A stretch of DNA of 64,000 nt from Penicillus capitatus (lineage: Eukaryota; Plantae; Chlorophyta). The notes beneath the pieces were generated by a model, which saw only the letters and a program-made list of their open reading frames with translations, ran no database searches and was not told where the DNA came from. A program made the translations under genes and the position numbers. Shown here one piece after another: positions 36,429 through 48,260 of the stretch. Position 1 is the first letter of the stretch. Each line of letters begins with the position of its first letter. Where the stretch lies: contig OZ287709.1 of NCBI GenBank assembly GCA_965649825.1, positions 124,001 to 188,000 of the forward strand, read 5' to 3'.

Positions 36429-38029
36429 ATGGACTCGCGCGCTGCGCTCCTTCGGTGGCGCGGCGTTGCGGGGATGCCCGAGCGATGCCTTCTGCGCCGA
36501 CACAAGCGATGTGTCGACCGGCATGCCTTTGTCCAACGTTCCACCTTTGCACGTACCCTCATCTCCCGTCCACCCCTCAGCGTCACAAAGAACCCACTTG
36601 GCACACCACTCTGCTCAAGCAGCGTCGAAGAGCACAGCGCAACGAAGATCTCTCGCTCAGCGTCGCTGATAGACAGCGGTGAGGAGGAGGATTTTGAGTT
36701 TGGAGGCGGAGACATCGGCCTCAAGGCCTCGACCAAGAGTCGGGCTGTTTATGAGGTCCTTCGTGTCGATAGCGAAGGACGCAATCGACGAATCTATGTC
36801 AAGAGACGGGACCTGTTGCGCAGTCATGGACTAAAGCCACGGGATCTTCGGCGTGTCGATCCCTTTTGGGATAAGCCTCAGTCGACGCATTCCATTGTGA
36901 TTAAGGAATCGGCGTTTCTGGTGAGCCTATTGGGCGTCCGTGCATTGGTCGCGGAGGATCGATTGCTGCTCTTTGATCCGGAGAATCCAGCGGCGCGTAA
37001 ATTCTTGGCATTCGTGACGCCTCGGCTCCGCACAGCCGCCGGCAAGGCACTGATTCGCCACATGCATTTCGAATCGACGGCGGCGGCGATGATCAATGGC
37101 GCCCCTCATGGATCGCAAGGAGCGCCGTTGCCGACGCCTTTTGAACTGGAAGTGCTCGAAGGCATCTTGGTGGTGGCGTTGTCCCAACTGGATGCCGAAT
37201 TGAGCAATTTGACGAAACAGGCAGCAAAGGTCTTGTCTGCCGTTCCCGCTGAAGTGAATCCACTGGATTTGGAACAACTGCGACGGACAAAGCAGTCCTG
37301 TGTCGAATTGGAATCGAAATCTGAGGCACTCAGGTGGGATCTGGACACCCTACTGTCTCACTCCCTGAGAGATGTGAGCGATAGGGAGTTGCTTGAGGAG
37401 ATTCTGGACGACGAAGACGAGTTGGTCCGATTGAATCTCAGCAGTCGCCCGGCAAGGGAGAACCGAATTCGCCTAAGGGAAAGAAAGCGTCTGCAGTTTG
37501 ATCAAGGGTATGTCTTACAGCTCTACCAACCACTCCATGCACCCACCATACATGTTTGTTTGTGCAGATCGCCTATGCAGTACCAAAATGCCGAAGATGC
37601 TTTGGCGGAGATGGACGATGAAGAGGAGGAGGAACGGGAGATGGAAGAGGTAGAGGATCTGCTGGAGTACTATATGCAACGTGCGGCAGGCGTTCAGTCT
37701 GAGGCGGAACGTGTGTTGGCAGGTGTAGCTTCGCTTCAGCTTCTTTGTCTCACTCTTTTGTGTCAGGCGCACGTGATCTAGAGGAATCGATCAGCGTTTC
37801 TCTTTCAGCTCGGCGTTTTGAAGTGAATCGTCTGGAATTGATGTTATCGATGGGCAGCTTCGCGGCAGCTCTCGGCGCCATGGTCTCTGGCATCTTTGGC
37901 ATGAATCTGCGATCGAATCTGGAGATGAGCATGATTGGATTCTACGGTGTCACTGGACTCATCATCGTCGGTTGCCTCTACATCTTCATCTCACTCTTTC
38001 TCTACACAAAAAAGAGAAGAATTGTGTGA
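36429..38029 (+). CDS. MRS2: MRS2/MGT magnesium transporter (CorA family), probably plastid MRS2-11-like
   Basis: RRDLLRSHGLKPRDLRRVDP, PFELEVLEG, EVEDLLEYY and FGMNL (GMN motif). Confidence 0.93.
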
Positions 38030-38338
38030 CGTCTTCTCTGTCAACAGTGTCATTATTTATTTGAGAGATCAAGAAGCCTTAGGAAGGCAATCAATGACTT
38101 TAAGACTAAATCTCAGTAAATCGCCGTGGATGGATACCCTATCCCTGATGTGACGCAGTATGCAAACGCATCGGGAAATGACACGTTCCTACAAGCGATG
38201 TTCATCACCGCCCCCTAACCAACAACGTTTTTACAGTTCCTATCCGAACTCTGCGGCGCATAACGCAACTCTTATTGGCCTCGTCATCGTACACGTACAA
38301 GTTAATCGACTGAGATGTGTCGAAGATGAACGCATTGT

Positions 38339-40929
38339 GTGAAAGAAAATGCGACAGTGATGCAAAGGCACGCTTTGGTCAACCGACCGATCTCGAATGG
38401 GTACCGCTTTACAAAGCAACGCAGATGGCATCCGCGTCGAGGACGCATGGTATACGCCTCTCGGGAATCCGATGCGTCGCGTCGTCGACGAGATCTGGAG
38501 AATCGCATGCGCGAACTGGCAGAGAACGACGTGGTTTTGAGCCAGGAACAGTTGCGGGATCTCTGGGATGAGATGCAGGACGTGATGCGACGGGAAGCCG
38601 ATGAGCATCCCGAAGAGAAGACAGAGGCCAGGAGAAACATGCAACACTTTCTGGAAATGCTCTTTCGCGAACTCTCCTCCACAAACACAGGCAACATTCC
38701 AGTGGAACACCACTGCAGAGCATCTTTGACTGAGCTGTTCAGGCGATTACCTGCCGCAAAAACGCATGGCACAGATGATCAATGATCTGCCGCCAGACAT
38801 GGTCCAGAGTCTTAAAGATTCAGGGATTTGGAGCCGACTGCCGAATGCAGGGTTTACAACAGACGAAGTGGGGCGGCTCGAGCTGTGGACAGAGGAAGAA
38901 TACAAAGTGCCCATTGACCTTGCTAACCAAAAACAGAAAGCACGGTGATCGATGTTGCTAAGGTCTTCAAGGAAGATCCGAACGCACCACCCCCTCTCGA
39001 CGAAGAGGAAGAGGTCTTTTCACTCTATGCTCTATCGCCTCCCCCACGTTTTGGTGCAGATCCGTAAAGAGCTGACATTGCTTCGTGCCGTTCGCAAACT
39101 GGAGGTGTTCTTCCGTACCTATCCAGAGGATCCTGCCGAAGTGCTGAACATGATGGTCGCTGCCAAACGTAATCCTTCTCCATTGGACACATAGAAATGC
39201 ATCCGTCTATTCATCACGATTCTGTCTGTCCAGTGTCGCTCGAGGCAAAACGCCACCCCTTTGCTTTCATCGATGCCGAACTCGATGATGTCGACGACGG
39301 ATCGGAAGAAGATATGAAATCAGAGATCGATGTGGACGCCATCGAGTCCTGTCTCAAAGCTCTTGAAGAAGGTGCGGCACACTTCTAGAGCCTTCAAGAG
39401 GAGAGGTGTTGCCCAGGTGAGGATGCACCGCATCCGGATCCGACAGAGCATCGGGTCATTCCTGCCGATTCGCCAGAAGTCTTTAGGAAGAGGATGAAAC
39501 TGATGCAAGACTTCTATCAAGACCCACAGAGAAAACGCAAAGATCGAGTTCTGTCGAAGGACGTATACAATGAGATCAAAAAGAGATGGGATGCGTTTCT
39601 GCCAGATGAAGATCCTCTCAAATTCCAAGACATCTCACACATCCGGCAAACAAACAGCCTTCTCTTTGAATGGATGCGGAGAGAGCATGTGCAGATTGGC
39701 TCCCGAGTGGCCTGCATGGATGGAGCCACATTTCAGAGCCTTGCAACATATGACATACATTTTGAGGGCAGCTCATATCGATGCCCGTATCTCAGAGCCA
39801 GGAAAGCGACTCAAGCGACACGATCGTATTGCATCCGATGTGACGTACACAGATCCGGCACTTCACGTAGAAGGTAACGCATTTCCAGAGAGATGGTGAC
39901 GGGATGTGCACGTCTGTGCTGTGGACAGGATATGAGGCGGTGATGGCACAAATGGAGAAACTTGAGGCGGCGGGGTTAACGACGGAGCCAAGCATGCTCT
40001 TCGTCCACTGCAAACCTCCAGAAAACATGTTGGACGATCAAGAGATCGAGAATCCTTGGAGCTATACGATTGTGGTGGACGAGCATCTCAACATTCCCAT
40101 TCCAGAATGGTGACAAGCGCTCTGCCGCTCACAGATGAGCACTGCCACCACAGGTATCATGAGGTCTTGGATGTCTACGAAGCGAACATGGACGAAGATG
40201 ACTATGTCCAAGAAGAAGATCCAGTGGCCGATGAAGAAGCGTATCAGCTGACAGAGAGCATGGATCGTATCGTTAAGGCCAAGGAGACAAAGGAGCCTGG
40301 AAAAAAGAGAACGAAAAAGACAAAGGCGGCAGTCCCGCATCCGTCAGAAGTGGCATCGGGCGATGTGCAACGGCAGCTCGATGGGCTGGGAGTCGGTATC
40401 AAAGATGGAGATCCCAGCATCTATTCCCCTCTGATGATGCCCAAAGATATTCTGTCGCCACCGAAAAGTGCGATCCCTGTAAGAAAAGGATTCCGATCGA
40501 GGGTCTTTGTGCGAACGATGGGGCAGAGGAGTTCAAGGGGAGCGGAAAAGTGAAGGGCGATTTCTGGTACAAGGGACAGTTATGTCAGGCATGGAAAGAC
40601 GGTTATCAAATCACCATCAATGCCACTCTCCTCTACGATCTCGACATCCAAGCTGGTCATGTGGAACAACGTCCATGCTCAGGAGTGCATATCTGACGTG
40701 GATGTCTTTGTGACAGGTCTCCAGTATTCGAATGCGATGGGGGGCTATCATGGGAAGCGTCCTCTCGGCAGAAGATGCCGAGAAGATATTCTGTGAGGTA
40801 TCGGGCATCGAATACACCCAACGTCGCTATCACCATGACTTCACAACGGAATGGAAGGAATTTGAATACAAGCCGATTCGGAAGGATCCCGTCGAGTGGT
40901 TCAAGAAACATATCATGGGAATGGAGTAA
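38339..40929 (+). CDS. Hypothetical multi-exon protein with probable plastid transit peptide
   Basis: Chain of protein-like ORFs (38339, 38766, 39197, 39494, 39904, 40056, 40732) linked by GT-AG introns; Arg-rich transit-like start and acidic stretches. Family not recognised and the 3' end is uncertain. Confidence 0.5.
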
Positions 40930-40948
40930 TGTGATTTCGATGTATATG

Positions 40949-41823
40949 TCATATGACAGCGACACCTACGGCAGTGTTGACAGAGGGCACCTCTGTCGGG
41001 CCGTCCGATGCAGCTGTCCTTCGTGAGTGTCGCACCAGCATTGCCGACCAGGCAACCTAAATCCAGACCCCGTGTCCCTGCTGATCTGCTTTTGCAGTGA
41101 GAGGCTGAACGGCACCGCTACGGTATTGATGTAGAGGACTCTAAGGTGTGAAGGGATGAGGGCAAAGTTGACAACGTGAGCAGCCGGCCAGAGCTTATAA
41201 GCATCTTTGAGGGTCGGAATCAGTTTCCTGCGCACTTCTTTGCCACATTCCTACAGATCTCTCATACTTATGGACGTCAGTCACATCAACGTGAGGGACG
41301 GACTTGAGGCATCCCTTCCATGAGCTTTTGACTAGTAAAGAAGAGAACCGTTCCGATCGGCGAAAAAATCAATTGGTCCAATGCGCATTTAATCCCAATC
41401 GTCAGCGCATGGGTCGGTCGAGATGGAAAAATACGCTAGACATGATCAACGAGGGTCACTCACCTCTATTTCCTCTTCAAAAGTGTGACTCACAGCGTCT
41501 AATCCCACATACCAGTAATGCCCAAGAGGTCCGTTGACGAATCCAGCGAAGGCCGCTGTACGCAGCACCTGTCCAATGCGGATCCTGTCCACCCCTTGCA
41601 ATGTCATCACGCATGACGAGGACAGGATCTCTTACGGAGGGCCTTTTTCGCCGCGCTTGTGTGTTAGACATTGGGAAATGAGATCACCAAGTGACATTCC
41701 CATAAGGGACGTAAGACATTTCGTCGTGAGTGGAAATCTCCGAACCGCGTGGTTATAGCGCGCCAATGGCCTCCTCAATGTCACTGGGGATGGACGGGAG
41801 AGTGATTGAGCAGTCGGCAGCAT
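40949..41823 (-). CDS. Mpv17/PMP22 family membrane protein
   Basis: YNHAVRRFPLTTKCLTS..G..LGDLISQ, GPLGHYWY..LD and LWPAAHVVNFALIP.HLRVLYIN. Confidence 0.88.
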
Positions 41824-41926
41824 GGGCGAAAGAATCAGTGAAGTCACGTGCACAATTTTCGCGATCGATGCTGTGCGTTCGTACGTCTTTGTTGACAACA
41901 AGATTACATTCATTTATTTTACCTCG

Positions 41927-43676
41927 ATGTCGGACACGAACTTGCCGATCTTTCGTGGAACCAAGAAGACGGTGCCGAATACCTGCGCCAAATGCGGCAC
42001 AGATTCCACTGCTGGATGCTGGCGGCGCGGCTGGAAGGTCGGCGATTTCTCTGCGAACCTCTGCAACAGGTTGGTATACCGTCACGTACTTGACAGTCGA
42101 CAGCAGAAATGGAAAACCCAGATGCGGGTTGCAGTTCAAGAACGGCAAACTCGAGTCGTCCATTTACAGAGAACGTCAAGATGACAGTGTTGATGTCTCA
42201 CAAACGTCACACATACATACACCATCTCGTTGTGTCGCCAACGGCATGCGCTGACTTAGATCGCCCTTTATGGAGGCGTCGGACGCGCCGGGTCCTTACG
42301 TTGCGTTCAGCTCCGAGCGTCAAGACGATGGAGCTCATGGGAGAAAAGTGTCGTTTTACGTTTACGATGCCGAAGGCGTCGAGAAGCTGGCCTTAATTGT
42401 GGGGTGACGTGACGTCTGCATGACCGAGATGAGATGTGTGACGCCGTAGGGAAATGATCCGCGCGGAACGGCGCATTTCACTTACGAATCGGTGACAGGA
42501 TTTCACCCTCCACTCAAATGCAAGAACAGAAGACTGGTGCGTGCGTGGTTAGAAGCCATGGGCGCTGTTCAAGAAATCGAGAGACCGACTGACAGTTCTT
42601 CTTTTTGTCTGTCATTGGTCCGATCAGGCAATACGTTGCAATGCCCCTCCTTTGACAAGTCACATCAGATGCCTCGTTTAAAAGGGCGAAATGTGGCGGT
42701 GTACAGGGAGTACTGTGACTATCGTGTTGAGAAGGTGACCGATGGTGACGTGGAATCTGAGAACTTCTACTTCGTCGATGCAGAAGGACAAGAGCGCCTT
42801 GTCATACGTGGCGGCACTCAAGAAGATTGGTCACTCTTTCGAAGTGTGAGGAGGTGATGGATGGGATGCTTGTGTGTTCAGTTCTCGGTACCGCTGCGTC
42901 ATCCCAAAGCATGATGTGACGTTTGATGACCGCTTGGACGTCATTGCATGGATGGAATGGTGTGTGGGCAAGTCCGAGAAACCGCCAGAACGTTTGTTGA
43001 AGAAAGAATTTGACAAAGCCATTCGAAACAGAGTCCCTCTTGCCCTTTTTCCCACTCACTCTATCTCACACTTTTGATGCAGGAATGCTATTCCAGTTCC
43101 TTGCCAGAGGGTCCATCGTCTAAAAGAATGTACCCCTCTGTGTTTCTTCGATAAGGTGATGTATGATAGAGTGTGCGATCTAAGGGCATTGTTGAAGATA
43201 AACGAGATGCAAGCCATTTTTGGAGAACTGACAGACTGGATTTTGCGTTATCCATCCAATGAGGAACAAACAACTTTCAATGACTGGAAGTAACACATCT
43301 TCTCGCTTCGCACTCACTCACACATTCTCTATTGTTTCAGGAAAAAGCTGACCGTTGGCAATAGAGAATTTGACGATGTAAACAATAATAAGTCAGATCC
43401 GCATGAAATCCTGGAACTGCTGCGCAACATTCAACAGTCCATGCTCTTCGAGTCACACAAAACATGACAGTCATTTTCATTGTTTTCAGGAGAAAATCGT
43501 GTCTGAAGCTGCTGGAGTTGAGTTCTTTGGGACAGCCCATTTCGGCACTGCGCCGTCATCCGAATAAAGAAGTTGCCAATGTGGCAACAGAGATTACACA
43601 GAAGTGGAACGATTGGACATCCCGTGCATTGAAGAAAGCAACAGCAGCTCAGGATAAGGCTGCTGCGTCTCATTAA
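41927..43676 (+). CDS. Putative chromatin/transcription protein: GATA/VAL-PHD-like zinc finger, two repeated beta-modules, TFIIS N-terminal domain
   Basis: The spliced finger is CAKC-x22-CNRC with WRRGW. There are two FYxxDAEGxE modules, and the last exon LELSSLGQPISALRRHPNKEVANVATEITQKW matches TFIIS_N/Med26. Confidence 0.65.
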
Positions 43677-43812
43677 ATGGACAGCTGCATGATCGCCATC
43701 TGTTAACATTATTGAATAACGGGAAGCGCTAAAGGGTATGGAAGATGTAATGGAAAGGACAGTTGGCGGCGTTTTGTCTCGAAAACGTGCGAATTCGACA
43801 TTTTTCAACAGT

Positions 43813-44215
43813 TTAGGGAGAGACACTGATGTCGGTCTGTTCCCTGGACGTGCTTTTTACAATGACATCCGCGAGTGTCTGAATCAGCCAATCGCACGTC
43901 TCGCGTGGCGTATTGGGTGCCACCATGATGTAGACAACGTTGCCTAAGGGACGGGTGTAGATGCCTCTTTCCCTGAGTGCGATGGCGACATCCTCCGAAG
44001 CATTGGAGCCGTGTCCCTTCTCCCATTCCGTCTGCACAGTGCCATCTCTTTCGCCAAACGCATAAGAAATCGCAGGAGGCACTTTGAGTGTGACAGCGAG
44101 GACGGTTCCGATTGAAACAATGCTTTAGATGCATGCCGGTTCGCCTATATGTATCCCATTGCAACATGACGTTACTAGTTGGTTCGTTCCGATGCTCTTC
44201 GTTCCAGACACTAAG
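43813..44215 (-). pseudogene. BIO1: C-terminal fragment of DAPA aminotransferase (BIO3-BIO1/BioA type)
   Basis: SVWNEE...[stop/frameshift]...SIVSIGTVLAVTLK...ALRERGIYTRPLGNVVYIMVAP matches the BIO1 C-terminus. No upstream exons are visible in the AT-rich DNA at 44230-45000. Confidence 0.72.
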
Positions 44216-45079
44216 TCCGTTTTTCACCGATGACGGGTTTCTGCGTTAATTTGTTCTTCGTTTTCCTATTGCGACATAAGTAACTATCACCGTCACGACT
44301 TATTTATGAAACGCGAAAACTAAGACGAGGCCTACTCACCTGTCTGCTGCTGTAGTAAACACTAAAAGCGAAAGACATATCCGTAAGAGAGTGATACTAT
44401 ATGTTCGTTTACCGTGAATGATTCGACACGAGTTTGACTCATTGTTCGAACTCACAATTTCTATTTCACATAATCTGCCACTGTGTTCTTCGTAAAGTTC
44501 CAAAGATGTGTGATCTGCATCGCTGTTCGATACGTAATTAATTGGTAAACAGGTAACGCAATTCGCCGTCCAAAGATCGTGGCTTCATAACCATGTTCGA
44601 TCCTAGCATTAGCAGTATGCGATTTCTGTTTGCTAGAGAAAGGACATTGTCTTTAGGATATGAGATAAAATGCTTTTCACTTGTTATTAAGAAAGAAAGA
44701 ACTCAGAATGGAAGGCACGAGCTGTGTACCCACGACGCACACTGCCAAGGTCGACCGACGCGGAGAAGGAAATCAAACATTCACAAAACAGCATTAACAG
44801 ATTTGGGTTAATGAGGATGTATAACGATCATGCAAAGTAAAAAAAATAAGGATGCGAAATCAACTAAGCATTAGCGAAATTCTGCATCTGAGTAGGTCTG
44901 AGATATCAGGAACACCTCAGAAAAAGTGTGAGATAATGATAAGTCCTTGGCTTAGACAGGATTGCACTCATGCATTGACACTTCGAGTACGGATTTCACT
45001 AAAAGTGTAAGAAGTGTAACCTTGGAATCGTAAGACAGTAAGGAGGCAGATGTCTTTCGGGCCATGTCTCTGCCGAGAC

Positions 45080-45309
45080 TGTCGCCGAGCGATGTGACAC
45101 TGCCTTGTTCTGTGGGGGTCAGCCATGCGCAGGGGCGCTGCCTGTCTTGTCAACTGTCTTCAACGGACCACTTTCTCTGGCTCTCGGGTGGAGCTGACTC
45201 ACCCGTCTTCTCAATGGGGAAATTTAAGGGACGCTTTGGGATACATGTTGTTATCTCTTGCGCACTCTGTAAGACCTTGTTTTCGGCCATCCTGGAACGC
45301 ACCAACGAC
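45080..45309. mobile_element. LTR family B copy, right part diverged
   Basis: The first 77 bp match the reverse complement of 10648-10724 with 1 mismatch; TTCTCTGG and TGACTCACC motifs are shared with 45574-45821. The right boundary is approximate. Confidence 0.6.
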
Positions 45310-45573
45310 GAGCAGGAAACGCGACGCGCGTCCGTTTCATATCCACTGCTATATCCAACCTTCCAAGAGAACCTAAACTCTTTCCGACTCAGGGAGCAAG
45401 CGGAACTCCAACGACGGGGCGCGGAACGCGTTCAGAACAACCCCATCCCAGACGGATCAAGACGCAGTTCCGAGGATCAGAGCGTCGACCTCGTGTTATT
45501 AGGCCCGGACGATCTACCGACAGCCGGCCCCTCGGAGGTGGACGAAGGATCTCTAGAAGAAACGACCGGCGAC

Positions 45574-45821
45574 TGTCGCCAAGATCTGGCTTGGCGATGT
45601 GACTGCCTCGTTTCAGAGGGGCTCACCGTTTAGGGGGACGCAGGTTGACTCACCTGAGGCGCTATTCTCTGGTTCTGGCGCAAGGGTGACTCACCTACCT
45701 AGGCATGTCACGTCGCCACGGGGATATTCAAACGGACAATCTGCACGTTACTTTGCCTTGCTCCGAACACTGTAAAGTCTTCCGCTGTAGTTCGTTTCAA
45801 ACGCGGCGCCTCCGCGCGACA
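45574..45821. mobile_element. Solo LTR (family B, 248 bp) with 5-bp TSD GCGAC
   Basis: TGTCGC...GCGACA termini; GCGAC at 45569-45573 and 45822-45826. Inverted relative to the 6.5 kb and 10.5 kb copies (CTCCGAACACTGTAA and AGTCTTCCGCTGT are shared with the 10.5 kb copy). Confidence 0.85.
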
Positions 45822-46111
45822 GCGACAGAGACACGTCTGATTCTCGATTTCGTTCAAGGCGTCTCCTTGACAGATATCTCAACGCAAATACAGGTCAAAA
45901 GTGTGAGAAAAGTGTGATTTGTGGTTTGAGTGTTGGACCTTCCTTCGTTTGATCTTCGCGTCGACGGCTGGACCTTCAATTTTATCGTGACTATATAACT
46001 GCGCAAATCATCTGACGGTCCATCGGAAGCACATCGCAACCAGACAGCTTTGACCATTGGCACCCTGCACCGCGCCTCGAATCTCCCGTTGTTGCGCACC
46101 AGGCTACACTG

Positions 46112-46623
46112 ATGGCAGAAGGGCGTATACACTTCAACTACCGTCCACGCAGCGTTGCTCACAAGAGCAAATTTCAGCCCAACGACATGCAACTCCAACT
46201 CCTACATCAACACTTTGACTCAGGTACGTCAATCTGCACCAACTGAGCGGTGCAATCGGTCGAACGGACGCCATGTAGGAATGACTAAGGCAACACCGGA
46301 ACTCTTTTATGCGGTGAGGGAAGCAGGTCCGGCGACGAAGGACCAGGTCGTGCTATGGTTTAAAAACCGGCGAGCACGTGCAAAACAGCAACCAGCGAAG
46401 GCGGGATCTGAACGATCCGGCGTACCGGATGATGACCGTGAAAGCATTTGTCTTCAATTAAGGGAGCCTAGTTTACAAGAAGCGGATGTTCTGGTCGCGA
46501 GTGAAAACGAGGAGCGCGAGGATCACCAGACGAATTCAAACTTTAGGTGTGTGCAGTCTTCCTTACTTGACCATTTCTCCTCGTTTCTGCAGATGTAACC
46601 TTCAAATGACTTACAGATTGTAA
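46112..46623 (+). CDS. WOX-like homeodomain protein
   Basis: Exon 46112-46223, intron 46224-46278 and exon 2 give KSKFQPNDMQLQLLHQHFDSG-MTKATPELFYAVREAGPATKDQVVLWFKNRRARAK. The 3' end is uncertain. Confidence 0.72.
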
Positions 46624-47449
46624 AATACAAAGTTTGCAAGCAAGCTGTCGTACCAGATGCAATCACGGCCATGCCAATAGGCATGTTTCCAGAAGTCTCT
46701 TTGTTCACTTTGAACGACGCGTCGATGCGGAATTTTGTTAATGTTCCGGACGATAGACGGAGAAGTTCACAGAAACGGTTGCGGGGCTGTCGAAGAAGTG
46801 TGTGAAGGGCCGATGAGATTTAGAATCGGACGTGTTGTGTTATAACGTGGGCATTGCGATATGGTGGATGACCTGAGTGCGAATCATGCATAGCTATCTT
46901 TTTACATGGTTGCGGTGAGGCAAGATGAGTTCATGAACTGTTAGGATCGATAGGGTCGGCGATTGGTCCGAGCGCTTAGAGGCCGCGGTGCGAGAAGAGC
47001 CAGACGGGTATTCTTTACACGTGCTCAGTACGTCGTTATATAGGTAAACGTCCTGTCATTCGACAGTGACGTTTCTTGATCCAACAGAACGGGACAAAAT
47101 AGACGTTAACGTCATTCGCAAACACCGAGTCATTGGGAAGAATGACAGAGAAGCATGGATTTGCACACTTTCGAGGTTTTGGGTGGCGGCGTGTACAATA
47201 TCGATTTCGGTCTGCCAGACGCAGAGACCGTCGACTTCTTCGAGCAAACTTCAAGGCAGCGCACAAGAAGCACAAAATCAGACGAGAAAGGAAACGTCGA
47301 GAAAAGCAAAGAGACGTTATCGGCAGCCAACGCGATACGACGTGGAGTCAGTGCGGAGTCGGAAAGGAACGTCACGGAGCCGCCTCGAAGCGGCAAAATG
47401 AAACTAAGCATCTCAAGAGGCGAGTCGGAATACGGATTTCTTGAACCGA

Positions 47450-48260
47450 AGGCCAAGAACGCAAAACGAAAGGAGAACATGGTAACGAGGGGAGCAAGAA
47501 TCTGGAGCTTGCGTTGAGTGTAAAGAACATGGTCACGCATTGTGAACGTCGAACTTGCGTCGTCGAACGTCACTGACGATCACTCGTGTGACAGCAGAGT
47601 GTCGCAGACGACTTTGACTTGTGACTCGGGTGTCAAGTCCTACTCGGTCGTCGAGCTTCGCACGTAACGAATCCCAAATCAACTGTGCTTTTTTGCCTCT
47701 CGAAAGCAGTGCGAAAGTTTTTTGAAATCACCTTCTGGGCGACTTCTTGTTCACACCATGCCTTGTCTGATTCGACAGAGCCAGATCGTCTGCGAGTGAC
47801 GATGTTCGTCGTCTTCTTACTCTTGAAAATGACTAATGAAGCAAGTTTGGTCCCGTCTCTTCGAATGCAGAAGACACATCCGACTCAAGATGTCTCGAAT
47901 ACCCTCGAAGGGATCAAGATCGGCGAGGGTCTTTTACCGTCAACGGTTACTTGGCTGGACTGGCTTGTTAAAAGAACACGGAAACCTGGTAAATGGCGAT
48001 GGCAAATCTGGGTCACATTATCCGATGTTGATATATCTGAGGAATTGGCGAAAGATGCACGTCTTGCCACGACACATCTTCGTCTTCAAGCTCGAACAAA
48101 GTATGCAGACCCAATAAAGATGACAACGAAAGCATGGCAGGTTTGTCTTACCGCCGGATGCCAAGCACACTCCTTCTTACTCTCGAAGTTCTCAGGCCAA
48201 TAGTCCGAAGTTTCGAAGTTAATGAGATTTGGTCGAGGCTTTCTTTCTGTTCAGCAAGGT
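47450..48260 (-). mobile_element. Decayed pogo/Tigger-like (Tc1/mariner superfamily, DDE_1) transposase relic
   Basis: In order on the minus strand, with stops and frameshifts: FETSDYWPENF (~48200), CIRRDGTKLASLVIFKSK (~47840), DKAWCE, LIWDSLRAK (~47670) and TQRKLQILAPLV (~47490). TIRs were not found. Confidence 0.55.

Noticed and set aside
10478-45309. 34-kb inversion mediated by the inverted LTR copies
   Set aside because: Reciprocal TSD swapping predicts GTCCT next to 45080, but GAGAC is seen.
45574-45705. Helitron 3' end (hairpin plus CTAG)
   Set aside because: The hairpin is more than 100 bp from CTAG, homology continues past CTAG, and TG...CA ends with 5-bp TSDs fit an LTR.
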